Shown here: piece after piece, positions 9,301-21,300 of the stretch
Position numbering within the stretch: position 1 is the stretch's first letter
How the letters are laid out: every line of letters starts with the position of its first letter
Virus record (IMG/VR): IMGVR_UViG_3300047274_000323
Coordinates: 1 to 27,049 of that record
DNA: 27,049 bases
Source of the DNA: a virus
Lineage: Duplodnaviria; Caudoviricetes
Strand: one strand, 5' to 3'
Notes under the pieces: generated by a model
What the model was told of the DNA's origin: nothing
What the model saw: the letters and a program-made list of their open reading frames with translations, nothing else
The model's database searches: none
Made by a program: the position numbers and the translations under genes

Positions 9301-12300
9301 TCCGACCAAGTTACAATCTATGGTGCAAACCCCGTGGTATACAACGGCACCTTTATTGTAACCTCCCGTATTGACGACTACACATTCTCATATCAGCTGA
9401 ATGTACCTACTGATATTATTCCACAGGGTAATATTCTTTTGTCAGTTGACCTCAATAGAGGCAAATCTGATGTATTGTCTATTAATAAAGTAATCAGTGA
9501 GTTTACTAGCAATGTCCAGAACACATTTTTCAATGCTGATTATGTTTATGTTGCAGCATCTGGTCTCCCAAACTATAAGATTGGACCTTTCACTGGATCT
9601 GCTCTTATTCCTGGCAACCAGCGCAAATTACTCAGATTTCCAAGAAAAGTCCAAACTATCTCAGAAAGAAGGGACATTATTCCTGGCACTTCAATTGGTG
9701 CATGGGTAAATGGTGTTTCAATTTGGTCTTACAAGTCTCGTGAATTTGTAAGATTTGGTCCAGTAACATCTATTGATGTTATTAATGGTGGTATCAAATA
9801 TGATGCTGGAAACAAACCGTCTCTAGAAATCACAGGTGGCAATGGTAGTGGCGCATCTGCAGAAGTAGTTATTAATGGTCAACTGGTATCATTTGATGTT
9901 ACTAATGAGGGTAGTGGGTATATTGAGCAACCACTGGTCTCTATTGTTGGAGGAGGTGGCAGTGGTGCTACAGCACAAGCAATTATCACTGGTGGCAGAG
10001 TAACTAGAATCTTAGTTGAGCAACCTGGCAGTGGGTATACCTCACAACCTAGTGTTTCAATCACTGGTGGTGGTGGCACTGGTGCTACAGCAGTTGCTAA
10101 TGTTAGGGGACCTGTAGAATCAGTAGTAATCACAAATGCAGGTAATGGATATACTGAAATTCCATCAATTAAGTTGAATTCTGGTGAAGGAGCACTTGCA
10201 CAACCAATTGTAATCAATGGTCGTATCGTTTCTATTGCTATTATCAACTCTGGTGCTGGTTATACAACGGCACCAACTGTTGTAATTAATGGAGATGGTT
10301 TTGGTGCAATTGCAAAGGCAAATATTGGCACTGTTGGTGAAGATAAGGGTAGAGTGCTGAGTGTTGAAATTACTAATAGGGGTATTGGATACACTCAAGG
10401 TAATACTACAATTAGATTAGATTCTATTGGAGAAAACGCAGTATTCCAAGCAAATGTATTTGAGTGGAATAAAAACTTACAGGCAGATTTGTCTACTAAA
10501 TTTGATTATGCTAGAGGATATGTCTTCACTGGATATAACAACCAGTTTGGTGGTGAGTATGCCCACCTCTCCGACCCCAAAGAGTTGAGATATGTGGTTG
10601 GTGATAATGTTTTCCTCAATCCTGTCACTCAAAAATTTCAAGAATTAACATCCAACTATAAGCACTCTCCAATTTTGGGTTGGGCGTTTGATGGTAATCC
10701 AATTTACGGTCCATATGGTTATGATGACCCAACTGATCAGAATAGTGGTGTTAGAAGACTGCGTACATCTTTTAAATTAAAGACAAATATCGTATTTGAT
10801 GAAAATACCAACCCCAATCCAAGTCGTATTGATGGTCCTTCACTGACAGAGTATTCTGCAGGATCATTTATTGATGACTACTTCTATGATTTCCAGTCTG
10901 GTGATTTGGACAACTATAATGGTCGTTTCTGTAAGACTCCAGATTTCCCAAATGGCATTTATGCGTACTTTATCACAATTGATGCTTCTGATGCTGGTGT
11001 TGCAGAATTTCCATATATTGTTGGTCCACAATATAACTCACTACCAGATGGTTGGAATTTTACTCAAGGAGCAACCCAAGAAAATATCCCTGCAGATGTC
11101 GTAAGATTCAGGGATCCATATGTTGACGTTGATATTGACATCGATCGTCAACCGAACCAATCATCTAATATTTTGACTACTGAGATTGAAGGATATCCCA
11201 TCATCTTTGAGATTCAGGATTCCAATAATGATGGACTTATCGATGCTAACGAGCAACAGGAGTTTCTTGAATTATCTGAAGAGACGACCCTGCAAATCTT
11301 TGATTACTTCCCACAAGTCTCCGCTGAGTCTAGAGTTGATATTGAAGTTGAGAGCACAACGCAATTTGAAGATGCTAAGATTGATGGATTTGTTATTGAA
11401 AATCCAGGCGTATCCTATCAGGTTGGGGATACCGTATTCTTTGATAATGAGGGCACTGGTGGATTTGGCGCCTCAGCCCTTATTGAGTCTGTTAAGGGAC
11501 AAAAAATTCTTGGTTATACTAAAGAGATTATTGCAGATAAACCATATGGTGTAATTACCACAGAAATCGAGCATGAACTTCGTCAAAATGATGAAATCAT
11601 CGTCAATTCAAGTCCCATCCTCGATAATACCAACAAAACTTTTAAAGTAAAAGTTGTAGCAGGTATTGAGCGTATCAATATCATCCAGAGTGGTGTTGGT
11701 TATAATCAAGATATTCCACCAACTTTCGAACTAATTACATCAGCAGGTCAGGATGGTCAACTTGAGCTTGTTCTTGAAAATACTGGTCAAATTAATAAAG
11801 TAAATATTATCAATTCGGGTAATGGATATGACCCAGAGAATCCTCCAGAAATTCGCGTATCGCACCCTCAGCAATTCAAGAAAACTCGTTATTGGTTAAC
11901 TGAATACTATGAAGCAACTGGTATTGTAAGAGTCAATCATTCAATTACAACCTCAGATAGATATACCTATATTTGTGGCAGTATCACTGAGATCGATGGT
12001 GATATGTCTGGGTTTATTGCTAAGTTTGATGACCTTGGTGCACGAGTATGGCAGAGAAACCTGCTGCCACAAAATGCTGGTCAAAAGAGACTTGAATTCA
12101 TCAAAATGGTGATTGATGAAGAATTTGAAAATGATGTCATCTATGTGGTTGGTCAATCTTACAATCCAACTACCTCGCAATACAGCCCAGATGTATTCCT
12201 GGCACAGTATGAGTCTGGATTTAACAATGCAAACGCTCCAGATGGTATTCTGAAGTGGCAGAGATCTATTGCAGGCATTTCTGGTAGCACCAGAAGAGAT

Positions 12301-15300
12301 TATGTGACTTCTATTGCATTAGACCAGGAGAAGAAGATTTATATTGGTGGTTATACTGATACCAACTCACCAGACCCAGATGATATGTGGGTAATCCAGT
12401 GTGATTTGGATGGTGACATCAAAGAGAAGCGTAAAATTGCATCTGAAAATGCTTCCGAGAGACTTTACCAAATTCAGTTGATTTCTGATGATAATTTCTT
12501 CTTTGTTGGTGTAAACGAAGAAACAGATGACCTCATTTTTGGTCAATTCTTCTTCGATGGTGCAAATATTGAAATTGCGTGGATTCGTCAGATTGCTGTT
12601 ATTGGTGGGCAGGTTAAAAATCCCAAATTTGCAATTGATGATTATGGTGCATGTATTCTTGTTTGGGATGTATATAACGCAACTACAAGTAAGTTTGAAA
12701 AAATCCAAATTAATAAATTCCAAATTGCAACTGCCAATACACAGTGGGAATGGGCAAAGAGCATTACTTTGAATACAACTTTTGTATCAATTAATCATGC
12801 AAACATTAGTGTTGATGTATTTGGTAACTATACTATTGTTGCAGATATTGTCGAGTCGCAAAATCAAAGATATTCAATCATCAACTACTTGAAGTATGAT
12901 GGGACCATTATTAAAGAAACCAAAGTTGAAGACGTAAGCAATATTGGTTTTAGCGCAAAGAACCATACTGTGGATAACTCTGGCGACTGCATTATTGCAG
13001 CAAACCGTCAGCAATCTGATCAACTTGCATCCTTCAGATTTAATACTGTAGGCAATCTTGAATATGATTTCACAAAACAGAATTTAGCAACTTGGACATA
13101 TGTTGACCAAGCAAATGTGTCTTTGGATACAACAATTTATAAGTATGGCACTGGTTCTCTGAAGTATGCTGCAGGGGCAAAACCAGCAACTCTGACAGGA
13201 TTTGGTATTACACCAATCGAGTGGTCCACCAGAGCATGGTTCTCAATGAATACTACTGCCTGGTCAACTGCACATCAACCAACATTCTTTGAGGTTGTGC
13301 CAGAAACAGGAAATAGAATTCGTTTTGATATTGATGGCAATTCTGGCAGTGCCAACTACCAAAAAGTATTGATTTATGTAAATGGCACTCTGGCAGCATC
13401 GTCAACAACGACAACTTCTTGGTCTGCATTTGCATCTGGCGCATGGGTGCATGTTACCTTCCAAAAGCGTCAAGAGTCTCTGGGTCTTTACAAGTATGAA
13501 GTCTTTATTAATGGTAATTTACAACTAAGTTACCAGTCAACAGATGACATCCATCTTGATGATGTTGTAATTGGTGGTCCATCAGTATCTCCAACTACAA
13601 CAAATTGCTTTATCGGTAATATTGACGATTTAGTAATTGACGATATTGCGCCATATGAAAATGCATATACATCTCCAACATCAGAAATTAATATTACAAC
13701 TCAAGATTCCGATGTTGTATTAATAAAATTTGACCGTCTGCATACAAATAGAGATAGTTATACTCTCCAAGACTTAGCACGTTATAATGAATTTGCTTTC
13801 AGTGATGTTGAAAGTGCAACTACTTGGGTGGATATCAATATCCCAGCATTCTCTGCTTGGGAAGAGGGTCCTGGTGGTTTGCAAATCCTTGATATGTCGC
13901 AGGTTATCTCCACATTTAACCCAACAACATATACATTATCTACTACTAAGTATCAATATGCTTCTAAGACCTCTACGGTGCCATCACCAAGAGGTAAGAG
14001 ACTAATCATTGATTGTGATGTAATTAATAAATTTTATCTTAAGGATGCATCCTATCAAAAGATTGACAATGTATTCCAATTTACATTAAATCAAAATGCA
14101 TTCTTAACAAAATACAGTATTCTTCAGCAATTCAACTCTCAGGGCGTTACCACTGCATATGGCACCATTGTAGATATTCCAGATGGCACCCTCACAAATC
14201 CAGGATTAGGAAACACATACAAAATTGGTAAGATTTTTGGCACATTTAATACTACAGATCGTTTGAGAACATCTGAAGGTGATGTAAACCAAATTGAGGG
14301 TGAGTATTTTGATACGGAAGAAGTAGAGCAACCATGGGCGGCGGGAGCAACTTATGCTATCGGTGATAGAGTTTATTCAAATAGAAGAATCTACCAATCT
14401 CAGACTGCTGGCACATCTGGTAGTATTTCTCCACAACATACATCGGGCACTGCGTCCGATGGAAGTCTAGATTGGGCATTAGTTGATGATGCTGGTAAGT
14501 TCGATATTGACTTAACTGAAAAACCATACCCAAGACCCATTTATGCTGGTCTTGATATGCCAGAGTGGGATTCACACAAGTTATATGCCGTTGGTCAGAA
14601 AGTTTGGTGGAAACTGAATGTTTATCAGGTTGCAGTAGGAGGAGGTGGTGTCTCTAGCACTAATCCCCCAGTCCACACATCTGGCAGTCAATCTGATGGT
14701 GGCGTTACATGGCAATTTGTAGAAACTCTTGAAGCGATCTCTCCATATGCAAGATTTATGGAGTATGACCAGGGCAATAACTACAGTGTGCTTATTGAAG
14801 AAATTCACCCTGGGTCTAGCTATATTCCAGGTGACGTTGTAAGTCTGAGATCTAATAATATTGAGTTAGATCCTTCAAGAAAGCAGGTAAGAATCGTTGG
14901 ATTCCCATCTGTTAAGAAAATTCGCGTGACTGCACGCCTTGAAAAAGATATCATCCCAACCCAGTTTGATAGGACTGACCTTGTGTATTGCACATCAACA
15001 AGTCCCCACTTCTATAACATCTCCGATATCATCTACACTGAAGGTTTCCAAAGTACTCAATTTAATGGATCATTCTTTGTCCAAGATGTTATTGGTAGCA
15101 GAGAATTTACCTTTGCTATCCGCGATAACGCCGTTTCAGACCCAACATTCAATGCAGGAGCAATCGGTAATGTCAATATCTATGCTAAACACCCAACACT
15201 GAGATTTACTAAGAATCATCAATATAATTTTGATCTTAGTGACGCCTCAAACTTCGGTTACTATCTGTCATTCTCTCAGGATAACCAATATAAACTGGAG

Positions 15301-18300
15301 TATTCATTTAACAACATCGTCAGAGAGGGCACTCCTGGAATTCAGGCGGCTGGGGCTGCACCATTCGTGAAATTCCTTGTGATTGGGGATATTACAAATA
15401 TCTCATACTATTTCGATCCTTCACGCACGGGCAGTGACTCACCTGTTGGCGAAAATTCGTTCATTGACGTTTATGCAACTCCATATCAGGGAAGATTTAA
15501 GGTTGCAACAGTTGTTAATGACTTTACATTTAAATTCCCACTCGTAAGAGAGCCAGAAAAGAATTCTGCAGAAGTTGGTCTTGACGACCAGGATAATGAA
15601 TACTCCTACTATTCAACAACATCCACCAGAGCAGTTGGTCCAATCAACAGTATTAAACTGGTTTCTCCAGGTGGATTCTATAAGAAACTTCCTATTATTA
15701 AAGAGATTGCGTCATTCCGTCAGATTGAGAAAATAGTCATCAATGACGGCGGCACGGAATATGCTCCAGGTGTATATTATGATGTACAAATTGCTGGTGA
15801 TGGTGAAGGTGCAAGATGTATTGTAACTGTAGACTTTGATGATGAAGTTGGATCTGGAACAGTTACAAGAATTCAAGTAACAGACCCAGGTAAAGGTTAT
15901 ACATTTGCATCTCTTGATATTGATTCTATTCCTGGCATTCTTGGACCCACACTTGCTGGTTCTGGTGCCTCAGCAACTGTTGTTATTCCAGAAGAAGGTA
16001 GTGGTGCCTCAGTATTCCTTACAGGTAAAAATATCGGTAAGATTAAGAGACTTAAGAATAATGAGTTTGGTTTCGGTTATTCACATGACTACACTCTGAA
16101 GCCAGAAATTACATTCCCAGTCAACTTGCAACTCTTCAATACTTCGATTCTTTCGGAAATTAAGATTACAGACCCTGGTAGTGGTTACACTTCTGCCCCC
16201 TCAGTTGTGATTGAAGGTGGTGGTGGTAGTGGTGCTGAGGCAGTTGCTATTGTAAAAAATAATCGACTAAATGAGATTCAAATTAAGAATCCTGGATCGG
16301 GATATTCATCCGAGCCAGAGGTAACTCTGAAGTCTGAATTTAACTATGTCGTTAACCTTGACCTCAATTATCTGCAGTTTAATTTCCCACATGGCATTAC
16401 AACAGGTGCTGCCATCCAATTGCGTGCTGATACTATCGGTAGCACTGAGGGCGAGCTGCCTAAACCAAGCAGTGCTGGTCTGACAACTTTAGTTGAAGGT
16501 CAGATTTACTACGCAATTGCTGGAGAAATTAACTCCCTTGAGCCAGACCAAATCCGTTTTGCACTTACTCCACAGTCTGCTGCAGCAGGTGATTACATCA
16601 CATTCCTGACTCAGGGCAGTGGTCGTCAAGTGTTACTAACTGAAGTTTTTGGTGGTAAAGCGGTTGCAGTGGTGGAAACATCTAGATTCTTGGAAGGTGA
16701 AACTGTATTCCAAGGTAGCACCCTGGAGCAGGCATCTGCCATTGGCAAAGTATCCACAAACACAGGTTGGCAGATTGGTCCCAAAATTCTCAAGATTGTT
16801 GACTATGATGGTGACTGGAAGATTGGTGAAAAAGTCAACGGTGTCATCTCTAAAGCATCTGGTATCATTGATAACCTTAGTATTGCTCGTGGTGTGCTCA
16901 ACATTGGTTCACTCACTAAGACTCCTGGTAAGTTTATCGATGACGTTGGCAAACCATCTGAGATTGTCCAAAAGATTCAGGACTCCTTCTTCTACCAAAA
17001 CTTCTCTTATGTGATTAAGTCGGATATCCCCATCACTAAGTGGAAGAATCAGATTCTGCAAAACAACCACCCTGCAGGTTTTGTGATGTTTGGTCAGTTA
17101 CAACTGACTGGCGGTAAAGATATTTCTGGTCGCAAAATTGCAACTGAGTTTACTAAAGAAGTAAACATCAATAACTATGCAAACATTAATCAGATTACAT
17201 CATTTGCTGCAGCACAACCAATCTACACAGATTACAATAACACCGAAGTCCTCTTCCGTAAGAAGCGCCTGACATCTTCGGAAGAAATCTTGACATCTAT
17301 TGTTAAAAAACTTGATGATGTTTCAAACCGTTTTAATGGTATTGAAAAGTCATTCCCAATTACTGTTGAGGGTGAACAAGTTATTGTTAGCGATGACCAG
17401 TTACTGATTACTTTAAACGGCATTATCCAAGCACCTGGAGAATCATATCAAGTGGTTGGTGGAAATATTGTATTCTCTGAACCACCAAAACCAGCATCTA
17501 GAGTCAACTATAGAACTTTAGGAATTACACCAATTCCAATTTATAGAATTGCTCTGTATTCTGGCACTGTAGGCATCTCCAATTATGGTATTTTCCCGAC
17601 TCTGGGGCAGCAAGTTCAGGGTCAAAATACCAATACTTTTGCTACAGTAATCGATTCTGGCACAAACCATATTGATGTCATTAACATCACTGGTGGCACA
17701 TTCCAATTGAATGAAGAAATTACTAGAGGCACACTTTTCTCCGCTCTGGTGCAGTCGGTAACTCTACTCAATACTGAGACTATCTTTAGATTTGGCGAAT
17801 CTATTACAAATTTAGATGGCGATACTGCCATTATCGAAGAGGTTAATATTGATACAGAGGGAGATGTAACCGATAGAGTCGTTGTAAGTAAGACTTCAGG
17901 CACTGCTGAGTTTGAAACTGGTATCTTTGATATTAAACTGAATGAATTTATCTACTCTGCATCCAGTAAGATTGCTGGTAAGGTAACTTTCATTTCACCT
18001 TATATTGACCCAGCAACTGATGATCCCGTTGATGAGTTAATTCTTAATCCAGGATCTACTTTCTACGGGTTGCTGTTTGAGCGTCTGGTTAGCATCACCA
18101 ACCCCAACATCATCCTTGATGATATTTCAAAGTCATCAATTACTCCAACAGAATTGTATGACCAAGAAAATAGAATCAATGCCAACTTCTTGAGTTTTGA
18201 AGACGTTAGAAGCACAGAGGTTGTCTATACCGACCTTTCTAATGGCACTCTTACGGATGGGGAGTTTGTTTCCAATAAGAAAGTAACTTATACGAATCCC

Positions 18301-21300
18301 ATAACAGCATACCATGGTAGTGCTGGTAATAGATTCTATGATGCTGCAAATATGATTCGCGGCAACAAGCAAGAAATCATTGACTTTGCCGAGGCACAAA
18401 TTGCTGTTGAGCATCCCGATTTCTATTTCCCTGGCGATATTATCACCAATTCAACCAGTAGATATTCAGATTCATACAGAATGATTCAACTGAATAAGAA
18501 TCTGATTGTTGGCATGGCATATGATGACATGATTACCCAGTATCCTCTGGTATCTATCCCCGATATCAATAAGTGCAAGAGGGATCTTGGATATTTTGTA
18601 GATGCTCTTTCAATTGATATCTTCCGTGGTGGTAATGTATATACTCGTAAGTTTACATCTTACTATTTTGATGATACTGGCGCTCTTGTATATGTGAATG
18701 CCCAGGCAGCGGAAACACGTTATGCATATGAAAGAGCACTGGAGTGGATGAAGCAGGCAATTACCAACCAACTGTCTGGCACAATCTCTGCGGTTAACTC
18801 TGCAGATTCTTGGTCTGGTTATCAAGACCTAACCATCACTGCAGACCCATCACCAAATGATCCATACGGCACAAATGGTGCAAATACTGACAATACTGAC
18901 CCAGAGTCATGCTCAGACGTTCAAGACGCCTTGACGACGCTCTGGGAGGTCGTAGACACTGCTCTTGATTCTGGCACCCTAGATGAATTACCAGACGAAG
19001 AAGTTGGCACATATTCGCCAAACGAGACCAAGTGCCGTCGAGACATTGGTTACTTTGTTGATGCTATTGCAAATGATGTTTCTAGAGGTGGCAACTATAA
19101 CATTGTAACCTTTACTAAATTCTACTTCAATAATGCTGGCGCACCTATCAGTAATGGTTTAGTTGGAGAAACTGCACAATCAGTAACTGCATTTGAGAAA
19201 GCAAGAGATCTTTCATACAGAGCAATCAATAATCTCATGTATTATAAGGACCTCGAACTACTGAATGACCCAGCATCTTATGGGGGCAATGCTCCAGGTC
19301 ATACATATGATGCAGATTACAGCACTGGTAGTAACCAACTCATCACCAACTGTGCCGATGTCCAATCTTATATTGCAACACTCACGGATATTGCCGTTGA
19401 TGCAATTACTGCAGGCAACCTGAATAATGTAAATGCCCTCGCAACCATCAGCGATGGCACTTTCCTGAATAGTGAGAATATTAGGACCACAAAAATTGCA
19501 TATAAGAATAAGTCAACTGGATTATTTGCGTTTGAGGACCAAATTCGCGGTGTTACCAGCGGTGCAATCTTCAAGGCAATTGGTGCTAACGCTGGACTTA
19601 AGTGGATTTATGCAGGTCCAATCACAGGCAACTTCCAGACTGGCGAATATATCACAAACTCAACTCTGACAAATCAAGGTGGTGTTACCCAAAGTGTTAT
19701 TGTTAAGAAAGCAGAATTACTCGGCACCAAGTCTCTAAACTTCCCTGCTTCTGGATATCTTGTTGCTGCAGAATCTTATGATTTTGCATTTGGTGCTACC
19801 GATGACTTTACAATTGAAGCATGGATCAGACCATCTGGAATTAGTGGCACTCAGCATCTCTTTGATTTTAGAAGAACTGCAACTGCTGGTCTTAGAGTTG
19901 TTATGGATGGTCAACAACTAAGAGTATACAACGGCACTTCTGCGTTGATTATCAGTGGAAATGTATTCGCTGCTGCTAATACTTGGTATCATGTTTCAGT
20001 TGTAAGGACTGATAATGTGCTTCAAGCATATGTAAATGGATCTCAAGCAGGTTCTAATTATGCAGACACTAATGATTATGGATATGCTCCTTGCTATATT
20101 AGCGCAGACTTCAATACTGCAAACCAGTTTACTGGTTACATGGATAACCTTTATATTAAGAAGGGAGTTTCCGACCATATCGGGGCATTTACTCCACCAA
20201 CACAAGTTGATTATACCGATGACAATATTGTATTGGGACTTGATGGTGAAGGACCATTTATCTTATCAACCACAGAAACATACGCTACACTTACCAGCAT
20301 TAATGTATACAATGCAACTACTAAGGTTGTAAATTACGATGACCTCAGTTTTGTTATCAAGGATGTTGACCTAGGTAGAAAAGAATATAGAGATTGTGCT
20401 GAGATTATTAGTCTGAATGCCGCTTGGATTGCTGAGGAAGCAGTTGGTCGCATGAAGGCACAATTCCCAGACTTCATTATGCCTGGCGATGACCCAGCAA
20501 ATAACAGCTATGGTGGCACTAACTATTGTTTGCGCGATACTAAAGATTATATCATTGCAGCACTGGTTAAGGACTTAAGAGATGGTGGTAACTACCATTC
20601 ACTCTATACTGCACGCACATATTTGTCAGCATCTGGTAAACTAAAGCATGTTGGTAATGAAATTCTGCAGACATTATACACTTGGGATGAAGTGAGCAAC
20701 ATCATGATTGATGTCATCACATCTACAAGCAATGATTTGTCTGGTGAATACACAGAGAAACTGCGCATTCCAAACAACTTTGATTCACCTGCATCTCAGG
20801 CAGTCCAAGATGAAATTCGTCAGTTAACCACTGACATGCTTGAGGTTATTGCACCATCTCCAAATAGATTTAGAGATTCTGGCATCTTAATCTGGAAAAA
20901 CCGCGACTACATTGCCGATGAAGTTGTTGGTTATATTCAAGACAAGTATATTAAGACTCTTGCTGGAAACCCTGTAGATTTTCTTGATATTCCAGGTGGG
21001 GAGAATGTTTGTAAGCGTGACATCAAAACATATATTATCCCAGCAATTATTGCTGACCTTGCAACTGGGGGCACATATCAAACCCAGAATGTAATCGACT
21101 TCTATCTTGATTCTCAGAAGAATATTCTTTTTGTTGAGAATGAATTAAATCCAATGTTGGATGCATTCAATAAGACTAAAGAATTGTGTCAATTTGCAGT
21201 TAATAATCTCCTATTAGATGCTGGCACAACTGCTGCTGACTATGGATATTCGGCATGGGCACAAGATGATTACTATGAGCCACAGTGGACTTCAAGAAAT

